The position numbers were made by a program, and so were the translations under genes. From assembly GCA_049973735.1 (NCBI GenBank), contig JBMFJL010000001.1, forward strand, positions 1 through 32,000: a stretch of DNA of 32,000 nucleotides, given 5' to 3'. Shown piece after piece: positions 1 through 7,695 of this stretch. The notes below the pieces were generated by a model, which saw nothing but the letters and a program-made list of their open reading frames with translations, was not told the DNA's origin and searched no databases. How positions within the stretch are numbered: the first letter of the stretch is position 1; every line of letters starts with the position of its first letter. The DNA is from Nanopusillaceae archaeon. Its GTDB lineage: Archaea > Nanobdellota > Nanobdellia > Nanobdellales > Nanobdellaceae.

Positions 1-204
1 AATAATATAAGGCTAAAGCATGATATAGTGGAGGAATTGCCCCCAAAATTAAAAGAGATTAGGGAAAGAAATCCAGAATTAAAAGAGATTAAGGAAAGAA
101 ATAAAGAACTATTATTGACATATTCTGTTGCTCTTGGCAAAATATATTTTAAAACCTCAGAACCATTCATAGAATATAATGCATTATTATATAGTATGTT
201 GTAG
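1..204 (+). CDS. 3' end of a CDS truncated by the window edge; hypothetical protein with tandem decapeptide repeat
   Basis: Frame 1 is open from base 1 to TAG at 202-204. Tail reads ...ELPPKLKEIRERNPELKEIKERNKELLLTYSVALGKIYFKTSEPFIEYNALLYSML*. Near-identical 30-nt units at 43-72 and 73-102 encode PxLKEI(R/K)ERN twice. No family recognised. Confidence 0.35.
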   Translation, partial: NNIRLKHDIVEELPPKLKEIRERNPELKEIKERNKELLLTYSVALGKIYFKTSEPFIEYNALLYSML

Positions 205-303
205 GTAAAATATATTTTATTTTTTATAGTTTTAGTTTTATTTTATGTTATGATATGAAATATCGAGGTCATATATAATAATATAAAAAACTATGTTCTA
301 TGT

Positions 304-323
304 CGGATAACGCCAATTATCCG
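304..323. repeat. Inverted repeat / hairpin CGGATAA-N6-TTATCCG
   Basis: A perfect 7-bp stem (304-310 / 317-323) with 6-nt loop CGCCAA, in a relatively G+C-rich spot of the 205-490 spacer. Confidence 0.4.
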
Positions 324-386
324 TCATCCAATACAACCCAAGGTATATTATGATCATAACTTATCTATGAAACTATAAAGTTGGTA

Positions 387-416
387 TAGATTAATCTAGA
401 TTAATCTGGACTAATT
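387..416. repeat. Tandem 10-bp repeat forming overlapping 12-bp palindromes (possible regulator binding site)
   Basis: TAGATTAATC (387-396), TAGATTAATC (397-406), then degenerate TGGACTAATT (407-416). TAGATTAATCTA (387-398) is a perfect palindrome; 397-408 repeats it with one mismatch. Lies about 45-80 bp upstream of the TATA box of the 491 CDS. Confidence 0.45.
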
Positions 417-461
417 ATTAAAATAATCAATACTCTTCATGTATAGTTGAGATACTATCAC

Positions 462-469
462 TTTATAAA
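462..469 (+). promoter_or_regulatory. TATA-box-like element TTTATAAA for the 491 CDS
   Basis: Sits 22-29 nt upstream of the ATG at 491. The same spacing recurs at other genes in the window, consistent with leaderless archaeal transcripts. Confidence 0.45.
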
Positions 470-490
470 TTTTTTTAATCATAGACTAAT

Positions 491-1192
491 ATGATAACAA
501 CAATAGTAAATAATTTCAAAGAAGCATTTGGTTATTATAAAAAAGGAATATTGCCTGGCATAATATACTCTATTCTATCGATTTTGATAGGTTTTATTAT
601 AATAATACCACTAATTGGTCCAATTATGTGGTTAATATTGTATTCCTATCTGTTTCCAAGAATAACTTCATGGTATTTAACAAAAATTCTTGATATAGAA
701 ATTAAACCAAACCATAATGTAGCTACCAAAATATTATTTATAGTCAATCTGCCAACTGTCATATCCTATTATATAGTATTGTTTATGATTTTGTCTTTAT
801 TTTCTACTAGTATTTACTCTATTATTTCTCTTAGCTCGGAAAGCAATTTGATCTATAATGAAGGATTATATTATAGCATTTGGATCTTTATTGTAGAATT
901 AGTATCTTCTATAGCGCAAATCATTTTAGTTATCATATGGTATTATAATATAATTGGTGCAATATTGGGAAAAGTAGATTCTTTGAAAGTAGATATCTGG
1001 AAATCTTTAGAAGTTGTTGCATACAACATTTTATTTGTAGTACTCATAATACCAGTAGTTCTAATTTTAATATTGCTTATCATCTTTTCACCAATAATAG
1101 GACTGTTATTGTTAATAATATTTGTAGTATTTTTCGTAATTCCTTACAATATAGTATTGCTGGCTACAGTAGTAAAAAATATATCCTCTTAA
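491..1192 (+). CDS. Polytopic integral membrane protein, unknown function
   Basis: 233-aa ORF with about six long hydrophobic segments (e.g. ILPGIIYSILSILIGFIIIIPLIGPIMWLILYSYLF; ILFVVLIIPVVLILILLIIFSPIIGLLLLIIFVVFFVI). TATA box upstream and a T-run after the stop. No recognisable family. Confidence 0.6.
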   Translation: MITTIVNNFKEAFGYYKKGILPGIIYSILSILIGFIIIIPLIGPIMWLILYSYLFPRITSWYLTKILDIEIKPNHNVATKILFIVNLPTVISYYIVLFMILSLFSTSIYSIISLSSESNLIYNEGLYYSIWIFIVELVSSIAQIILVIIWYYNIIGAILGKVDSLKVDIWKSLEVVAYNILFVVLIIPVVLILILLIIFSPIIGLLLLIIFVVFFVIPYNIVLLATVVKNISS

Positions 1193-1213
1193 ATACCTTT
1201 TTTAAAATAAGTT

Positions 1214-1720
1214 TTATCTGAAATCCTGGTTTTTTCTATTGTAACAAATATATAAATTATATTTACTATTCATCAATAATCTAGATATGACATATTCTAA
1301 TTTTGGGATTATATTTGTTGATCCTTCTCCAAAAAGTCTTTCAGCTTCACTATATATATTTTTAATTTTTTCTGCTAACTCTGATTTTAAGTATAGAATA
1401 TATTCTACTTTATCTTTTCTTTTAGTTTTTTCTATTCCGGTAAAACATTCAGAAATCATTTCTAGTTTATTATAAATAGCAAGTCTTAGTGCCGAATATC
1501 CAACATTCTTTTCATTGAGATTTAATTCTCTTAATATTTTTTCTAAATTTTTATTATTAAATCTTAAGGTATAAACATTACCTTTTCCGTTTCTAACTCC
1601 TTCTATAATTGAATAAAATAAAATTAGATCTGGACAGTCAAATCTCTTTGAGCAATCTTTTTCATTATCATAACGCCAAGAAGTTCTTAAATAAGGAGGT
1701 AGATTATAATAATCTACCAT
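1214..1720 (-). CDS. Hypothetical soluble protein (168 aa)
   Basis: Long ORF with TTTATAAA 24-31 nt upstream of its ATG. Mixed charged/hydrophobic composition, no TM segment, no motif recognised. Confidence 0.55.
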   Translation of the reverse strand: MVDYYNLPPYLRTSWRYDNEKDCSKRFDCPDLILFYSIIEGVRNGKGNVYTLRFNNKNLEKILRELNLNEKNVGYSALRLAIYNKLEMISECFTGIEKTKRKDKVEYILYLKSELAEKIKNIYSEAERLFGEGSTNIIPKLEYVISRLLMNSKYNLYICYNRKNQDFR

Positions 1721-1743
1721 ACTAAGAATTATTGTAAGGTTTG

Positions 1744-1751
1744 TTTATAAA
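1744..1751 (-). promoter_or_regulatory. TATA box TTTATAAA for the 1720 (minus) CDS
   Basis: Palindromic TTTATAAA located exactly 24-31 nt upstream of the minus-strand ATG at 1720. Confidence 0.45.
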
Positions 1752-1788
1752 TTTTACAATAACTTAGTAGCTATGCTAATAGAAATGC

Positions 1789-1796
1789 TTATAAAA
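1789..1796 (+). promoter_or_regulatory. TATA box TTATAAAA for the 1820 CDS
   Basis: Located exactly 24-31 nt upstream of the ATG at 1820. Together with 1744-1751 it forms a divergent promoter pair in the 99-bp spacer. Confidence 0.45.
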
Positions 1797-1819
1797 TTTT
1801 CTATAATAACTAATCTTTT

Positions 1820-2218
1820 ATGGGTGAATACACCTTGTTATTAATGCTGAACATAATTAATTCACTCATGCTGATATATGCAGTATATTTACTATCAGAC
1901 AGGAATATAATTATTTTGTTAATATTGATATTTTTAGTTTTATTATTGTTATTCCCATTTTTATTTTATTTTACAACATTTTTAGCAAATACAGTTCAAC
2001 TATTGTTTATAATTGGAATATTTATATTGTTATTAACAATTTTAGGATACTTATCTAATTCTATATCATTTGGTGCGGCACTATTTCTTATCATATTTGC
2101 AATAATATTGCTAATATTACTATATATATACTTTTTGCTCTTTGGATTTAACTTAGGCAATTTATTCATTCAATCTGTAGCTAATCCATCGCTCATAGTA
2201 GTTTCACCATTGTATTAA
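1820..2218 (+). CDS. Small polytopic membrane protein (132 aa), possible accessory subunit of the downstream GT2 synthase
   Basis: About four hydrophobic helices. Its stop at 2218 is only 2 nt from the GT2 ATG at 2221, suggesting translational coupling. The accessory role is inferred from position only. Confidence 0.55.
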   Translation: MGEYTLLLMLNIINSLMLIYAVYLLSDRNIIILLILIFLVLLLLFPFLFYFTTFLANTVQLLFIIGIFILLLTILGYLSNSISFGAALFLIIFAIILLILLYIYFLLFGFNLGNLFIQSVANPSLIVVSPLY

Positions 2219-2220
2219 AA

Positions 2221-3822
2221 ATGGATCTATTATTTATTTCAGCATTAATTTTACTATATATTGTGACAATTCTGTCTATATTTGAATTAAGATATTTAGT
2301 AAATATTGATAGAGAAATTGAAGTACCGAAATATGAAGATTTGAAAAGGCCAGTAAGACTTTTTGTAATATATCCTGTAAAGAACGAATATGAAGATGTA
2401 ATAATAAAAAAGATAGAATATTTATATAAAATAAATAATCCATACAAAAATTTTGATTTGAGATTTGTATTTATAGATGATACAGATATAAATAAAGAAA
2501 AAGTTCTTGTCAATTATCTAGATAGCAAAAAGCTAGGAATATATACATATAAAAACTTTTTAATATATGATCTGGGTAAAATAATATACATTTTCAGATT
2601 TGGTGGAATAAAGAGAAAAGGTGCAGCTTTAGACGAATTAATAGATTTTCTAGTAGAAAAATTTGGAATAGAATATGTTTCTATATATGATTTAGAATGG
2701 ACAGTTACTGTTGACTATTTATATAAAGCAGTATGTATACTTGAATCTAATAAAGATCTCTCGTTTGTTTATTGGAATAGGAGAACAGTTCCTGTAGATT
2801 ATTATCATAAATTAGTGGGTATATATGTAGATACATTTTTTGAATTAACATTGCCAGCAAAAAATTTACTAGATGATATATCAATGGTCCATGGTTCTTG
2901 TGGGGTTCTAAGAGTTAGAGATTATAAAGTAGCTGGAGGATTTACCCCACATTTAACTGAAGACGCATCTTTAACTTTGAGATTGTATATGAACGGATAT
3001 AAAGGTATATACATAAGAAATTGGATAGAATACGGACAAAATCTCCCACCAAACTTTAATATGACTATGAAAACATTGAGAAGATGGCAAACCGGTACTT
3101 TTGATGTAATATATTCTAATTTGTTTAAATTATTGTTTAACGAAAATCTAAATTTAAAACAAAAGTTAAGTTTCATGCATATGTTTTCATCTATTTATAT
3201 ACCTCTTCTGTCGTTTGTATTAATTTCTATAAGTATTTATTCTATAATTTCAAATTATAGTAGTGGAACATATCAATATATATTTCCATTTTTTTATTTT
3301 GCTACACTTTATATTGTCCTTCTTATGCTATACCAATATTATAAAGTGGAGGAAAGGATTTATGGGGAAGGATCTTTAAAGGATGCATTTTTGGTATTGT
3401 TGATTGGTTGGGGCATATCATCACTTACCATAGTATATTACTTGAGAAGAATATTATTTGGAATGGACAATAAATGGATTGTGACTAAGAAAAAAGTAAT
3501 AAGATATAACTATGATTATTATTCTATTACTGTACTTTTAATATTTCTTATAATAAATTTGATATTCATAATTAGAGCTATGCCATGGTTAATATATTTA
3601 TATTATAATGATCATTTACTATTTTTATTAACAATAACCCTTGGAGAGTTATCAAGTTATATCTGGGTTTTATCTATATTATTTATCTTCTATTTAATGT
3701 ATAGAGGATATACAATGAAAGAAAAGGATGTTGGAGATTTGCTATATCTAGGAATCAGAAATTTAGAGATTAAAGATAGTCCAGTAAAGATAAAGAACGA
3801 ATATATTACCAGATCTTTATAA
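2221..3822 (+). CDS. Family 2 glycosyltransferase, membrane-integrated synthase type (cellulose/chitin/PNAG-synthase-like fold)
   Basis: N-terminal TM helix followed by a GT-A domain with FIDDTD, KRKGAALDEL, GSCGVLR and TED (LTEDASL, nt 2956-2964). An RRW variant of QxxRW (TLRRWQTG, nt 3079-3087) follows, then at least five hydrophobic helices to the C-terminus. Confidence 0.8.
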   Translation: MDLLFISALILLYIVTILSIFELRYLVNIDREIEVPKYEDLKRPVRLFVIYPVKNEYEDVIIKKIEYLYKINNPYKNFDLRFVFIDDTDINKEKVLVNYLDSKKLGIYTYKNFLIYDLGKIIYIFRFGGIKRKGAALDELIDFLVEKFGIEYVSIYDLEWTVTVDYLYKAVCILESNKDLSFVYWNRRTVPVDYYHKLVGIYVDTFFELTLPAKNLLDDISMVHGSCGVLRVRDYKVAGGFTPHLTEDASLTLRLYMNGYKGIYIRNWIEYGQNLPPNFNMTMKTLRRWQTGTFDVIYSNLFKLLFNENLNLKQKLSFMHMFSSIYIPLLSFVLISISIYSIISNYSSGTYQYIFPFFYFATLYIVLLMLYQYYKVEERIYGEGSLKDAFLVLLIGWGISSLTIVYYLRRILFGMDNKWIVTKKKVIRYNYDYYSITVLLIFLIINLIFIIRAMPWLIYLYYNDHLLFLLTITLGELSSYIWVLSILFIFYLMYRGYTMKEKDVGDLLYLGIRNLEIKDSPVKIKNEYITRSL

Positions 3823-4006
3823 ATTTTTAAACTAATATTAAAAAAGATCGAATATTAGGAATAATATAATTAAAATTAATTATGCTAAAATAGTTTATGG
3901 AATAATTATCTCTTTTGCAATACTTTATCATAATCTGTCTCTCAAATTATAGTCTTTACTATTTGGTAGTGGTAAACTTAAAAACTTTTCTACTAAATAA
4001 ATTAAG

Positions 4007-5158
4007 ATGGCGGAAAGATTTAGGAGAAACTTAGACAATACTCTTGGTAGAAGAGATCTTATTAAATTCTTAGCAGGATTAGTAATTGGAGGTGCAGTAA
4101 TATACATGTTAGATCACCAATCACCACAAGTTATAAAAGAAACTGTTACATATACTCCTACAAAGGGAGAAGGATCCGGTCAAGTTATTGTCAACATTTA
4201 CAATGAACCATCACAATCGAGACGAGATATTACTTCTACTATCTCACAATCTAGTACAACTACTTCAAATATAGAAACATCTATCACATCTACAACTAAA
4301 CCAAAACCCACAAGCACAACAGTCTCAGAAAATACAGAAACAACTACTTCAACTCCATCAAGCACTTCAACTACTTCTCAGATTATTCAAAAAGGTTTAG
4401 AGTTACCAGATAATAAGTATGCAGTATTAATATTGGATAAAGTAGAGGAAAAACCACCATACTTACTACTTACAGTAAGGAATCCATACTCAAGAAATAA
4501 AACAATGAATATATTAGTGGATCAGCGTCTGTTTACAGCGAGGTATTCTGTATTTGGTAAAACTGGTACAATAAGTCTACAAGAATTATATAAATTTACA
4601 AAAGAAAACGGTTTAAATAATTATTTAGTAGTTGAAAATCCAAAAGATTACATATTGCCATATGGATCTGATAAATATTCGTTGAGATCAAATTCTCCAG
4701 CAATAGTAATATCTACAGATAAAGGCTGGAAAAATTTAGATAGTTTATTAAACGGACAAAATCCAGTAGCAGTTATATTGACTTCAGAAATTTCTAATGA
4801 TTCACCTGGAATGATATATGGTGGTGCCTTTTCATATAAAGATTCGGTGGCAATATTCCTATTAGATTATGATATAAATGAGGTTACAAATATTGTACAA
4901 AAAGAATCAGCATTAATGTTAGGTAAGTTAGGACTAAAAGGACAGTTGTCAAATCCTACAGGAAACTTTGTAAATGGCGCAGTGGCTCCAGTAGCTCTAA
5001 CAGAAGGACCAGTATATAGGGTAAAAATTGGAGATGTAGAATATAAAGCAGTAAATCTAGCTAAAGATAAAACAATATTAGGATATTTATCTTACGGAGT
5101 TCTAGGACAAGGATATAGAGTAGCAACTGAACTTTCATCGCAAATAACCCAAGACTAA
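4007..5158 (+). CDS. Exported or membrane-anchored protein with twin-arginine N-terminus and mucin-like Ser/Thr-rich linker
   Basis: N-terminus is MAERFRRNLDNTLGRRDLIKFLAGLVIGGAVIYML (RR motif plus hydrophobic region). Residues about 75-125 are nearly pure S/T/P/N (TSTISQSSTTTSNIETSITSTTKPKPTSTT...TTSTPSSTSTTSQ). The C-terminal ~250 aa globular domain is unrecognised. Confidence 0.7.
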   Translation: MAERFRRNLDNTLGRRDLIKFLAGLVIGGAVIYMLDHQSPQVIKETVTYTPTKGEGSGQVIVNIYNEPSQSRRDITSTISQSSTTTSNIETSITSTTKPKPTSTTVSENTETTTSTPSSTSTTSQIIQKGLELPDNKYAVLILDKVEEKPPYLLLTVRNPYSRNKTMNILVDQRLFTARYSVFGKTGTISLQELYKFTKENGLNNYLVVENPKDYILPYGSDKYSLRSNSPAIVISTDKGWKNLDSLLNGQNPVAVILTSEISNDSPGMIYGGAFSYKDSVAIFLLDYDINEVTNIVQKESALMLGKLGLKGQLSNPTGNFVNGAVAPVALTEGPVYRVKIGDVEYKAVNLAKDKTILGYLSYGVLGQGYRVATELSSQITQD

Positions 5159-5189
5159 TAGAAAAATAAATTTTTATTAAAAATTTTTC

Positions 5190-6251
5190 ATGGTCCAAAT
5201 CAACAGAAGGAATTTTTTGAAATTAGGAATAATTGTAGGATTATCATTAACTCCTATTTATTTATTATACAATAATTTAAATAATTATAGTTATGGTCAA
5301 AATAGTCAGATTAGTGAAACTTTAATTACAGGAACAATAGAAACAAAATATTTATTTTGGGTTGTAACATGGGGAAAAGAAACCTCCTTAGATAAAATAA
5401 TTCAATTGTCAAAACAAAGCAATAATATTAAGATAGGTTTGGTTGATATTGCCGAAAGCAGTTATCATAATGAAAGATTTAAATCATTTTTAAGAAATTT
5501 ATGTAATAAAACTGATGGAGAAATGTTTATTAATGAATTTTTTTATACTCAAAGAAATGACAAAACCGATATAGATGAAAATACATTAAATAACTATATA
5601 GATACACTTAAATATATTTCAAATGTTTGTAAAAATAAGAGAAACGTAACAATATTTTTCAGTGAGATGGATTCAATGCCTTTAGATGCACTAGTAGATT
5701 TATACAAGATTACAAAAGAATATTTACCAAATGCAAAATTCGGTTATTATACAAATTTTAATCAGAATCCGGAATATATAATTGAATTATATAAAAAACT
5801 TGATAACTTAGGTATAAAACTTTCATACGTTGGATATGATATCTGGCCAGTGCCAGGATATGTTTACAAAAAAGAAAATGGAAAGATAGCTATACCAAAA
5901 CAATATGTAGATATGTATCTAAAGCCAATAATAAAGTTTGCAAAGGATAAAAATATTACCTTATTTATTGGTGAGATAGGATTTAGAAATGGAGATCCAG
6001 AGGGATATCTTTATCCTGCAGAAGTTTGCTTATCAAATAATAATTGTACTAAAACAAAGGATTATGAAAAAACAATTGGATATTTGATAGATGTTATTGA
6101 AGATTTAAAGAAAATTGTTATAGATAATAATTATTCTGGAGAATTTTATATAGGTATTTGGAATTTAAATGGTGCAAATGATGATACATTTGGAATAGGA
6201 GATAATCCTTATTTTGATAGATTAATAAATTATATGATAAAAGATCAGTAG
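5190..6251 (+). CDS. Exported protein with consensus Tat-like motif; putative TIM-barrel glycoside hydrolase (clan GH-A-like)
   Basis: N-terminus is MVQINRRNFLKLGIIVGLSL, matching the (S/T)RRxFLK pattern. LFIGEIGF resembles the clan GH-A nucleophile strand and IFFSEMD is a possible acid/base strand (SE instead of NE). Alternating beta/alpha-like pattern. The CDS is solid; the function is tentative. Confidence 0.6.
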   Translation: MVQINRRNFLKLGIIVGLSLTPIYLLYNNLNNYSYGQNSQISETLITGTIETKYLFWVVTWGKETSLDKIIQLSKQSNNIKIGLVDIAESSYHNERFKSFLRNLCNKTDGEMFINEFFYTQRNDKTDIDENTLNNYIDTLKYISNVCKNKRNVTIFFSEMDSMPLDALVDLYKITKEYLPNAKFGYYTNFNQNPEYIIELYKKLDNLGIKLSYVGYDIWPVPGYVYKKENGKIAIPKQYVDMYLKPIIKFAKDKNITLFIGEIGFRNGDPEGYLYPAEVCLSNNNCTKTKDYEKTIGYLIDVIEDLKKIVIDNNYSGEFYIGIWNLNGANDDTFGIGDNPYFDRLINYMIKDQ

Positions 6252-6291
6252 GATTTTTCATCATTTAATCAGCAGTGGTAGAACTCATCAT
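6245..6291 (-). ncRNA. C/D-box sRNA candidate (2'-O-methylation guide)
   Basis: Minus strand reads ATGATGA (C) - GTTCTACCACTG (12 nt) - CTGA (D') - TTAA - ATGATGA (C') - AAAATCCTA (9 nt) - CTGA (D). All four boxes are canonical. The D spacer is shorter than the usual ~12 nt, and the D box overlaps the stop codon of the convergent 5190-6251 CDS. Confidence 0.5.
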
Positions 6292-6327
6292 AATAGTGTT
6301 ATATTAGACAAAATACAAATAATCATA

Positions 6328-7695
6328 ATGCTAGACTGGGTAGATATAAAAAATCATTATATGAAAAAGGAGGTCATGAACGAAATAATAGAATATTCAA
6401 AGAATAGGTGGATTGCAATAGAAACTTCTAGATTAGATCAGAGAGTATTTATAAGATATGATAGAGATAAAAGACCATTAAAAATAGAGAATGAAGATGA
6501 ATATAAGTCTCTATTTGTAAAATTTTCTAATTTAAAATTTAGAACAATTTATGCAACTATAAATATTTATAATGAAATAAAGGAAGAAAAGTTGAAGGAT
6601 ATAAACAATATAAGATTGGTAACTCCAGTATTCGATATAGATGGTACTTTAGAGGATTTTGAAATAATAAAGAATGTTGCAGAAATAATAATATCATATT
6701 TGGAAAAATATAATATATATAAATCGGTGTATTTAAAGTGGAGTGGGAGAGGAATTCACATACATATAAATGAAAATGCTTTTTCTAAAAACATATTAAA
6801 TAAATATCATCCATTAGATATAGCATTTTCGGTAGTAGACTTTATAATAAAAAAGGCTAAAAATGATCTTGAAAAAGAAATATCGAAGGCAAAGGGAAAA
6901 TCAAGAGAATTTAAAGTAGAAAATAAAATTGATATACAAAGGGTATTTACTGTACCATTATCATTTCACAGATTTTTAGATTATGTTTGTGTAGTATTTA
7001 AACCTAATGATCTAAATAATTTTGATTTATCTTGGGCAGACTATAGAAATTATAAGCATGATAAAAGTTGGAGGGAATATGAAGAAGGGGAAGGAGATTA
7101 TCTAGCAGAATTGTCTATCAAAGAGTCTAAAGGATATATTAAAGATTATCTGACAAAATCTACAATTGATCAAACGAAAATATCAATAAATAAAAAAAAT
7201 TATGGAAATGTTGGAAGATTCCAGATCATGGCATTATTACAAGCAGCCAGATATTATTTATTATATGGTGATTTAAATAAAGCAAAAAGTTTTGGATTGA
7301 ATAGAGCAATATTTTATGCATGGGCAAAATACTACAGGCCTGTATACGGAAGAAGTAAAAGGAAAATATTCTTTGGAAAAGGTGAAAAAAATTATAGCAT
7401 AAGTAAAGATATAGAATTTATTAAAGTTGGGAATGAGGAGGTACCATACAATAAAATTACAGGATTTTTCCATATGGGCGATAAGGATCAGACTCCAGAA
7501 GATTATGATAAAGAAGTAAAAGATAAAATAGATGGTATTATAGATTATGAAAAAGCTTGGAATTTTGCATTAGAATATTTGAAAAAATTCCCAAAGAGTG
7601 TATTAGAAAACCAGCAAGAATTTTATAAAAGAGTTTATGAACCTATAAGGGATAGGTTTTTAGAAGAATTAATAAAAAGAGAGAGATCAAATTAG
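6328..7695 (+). CDS. priS: Archaeo-eukaryotic DNA primase, catalytic PriS-type domain with C-terminal helical extension
   Basis: AEP motifs in order: VFDIDGT (DxD), WSGRGIHIHI (sGxGxH), IDIQRVFTVPLSFH (D...R..P.S.H). A further ~200 aa helical C-terminal region (e.g. GRFQIMALLQAARYYLLYGDLNKAKSFGLNRAIFYAWAKYY) contains no cysteine cluster. Confidence 0.8.
   Translation: MLDWVDIKNHYMKKEVMNEIIEYSKNRWIAIETSRLDQRVFIRYDRDKRPLKIENEDEYKSLFVKFSNLKFRTIYATINIYNEIKEEKLKDINNIRLVTPVFDIDGTLEDFEIIKNVAEIIISYLEKYNIYKSVYLKWSGRGIHIHINENAFSKNILNKYHPLDIAFSVVDFIIKKAKNDLEKEISKAKGKSREFKVENKIDIQRVFTVPLSFHRFLDYVCVVFKPNDLNNFDLSWADYRNYKHDKSWREYEEGEGDYLAELSIKESKGYIKDYLTKSTIDQTKISINKKNYGNVGRFQIMALLQAARYYLLYGDLNKAKSFGLNRAIFYAWAKYYRPVYGRSKRKIFFGKGEKNYSISKDIEFIKVGNEEVPYNKITGFFHMGDKDQTPEDYDKEVKDKIDGIIDYEKAWNFALEYLKKFPKSVLENQQEFYKRVYEPIRDRFLEELIKRERSN

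Noticed and set aside
43-416. CRISPR-like repeats
   Set aside because: There is only a 2-unit in-frame coding duplication (43-102) and a 3-unit 10-bp tandem (387-416). No repeat-spacer periodicity occurs anywhere in the window.
1287-1475. 62-aa plus-strand ORF
   Set aside because: Lies entirely antisense within the longer 1214-1720 CDS. Its low-complexity F/S/I-rich translation is typical of the reverse frame of an AT-rich gene.
2193-3176. Minus-strand ORFs 2193-2513 and 2922-3176
   Set aside because: Antisense to the motif-bearing GT2 gene; no motifs or promoters of their own.
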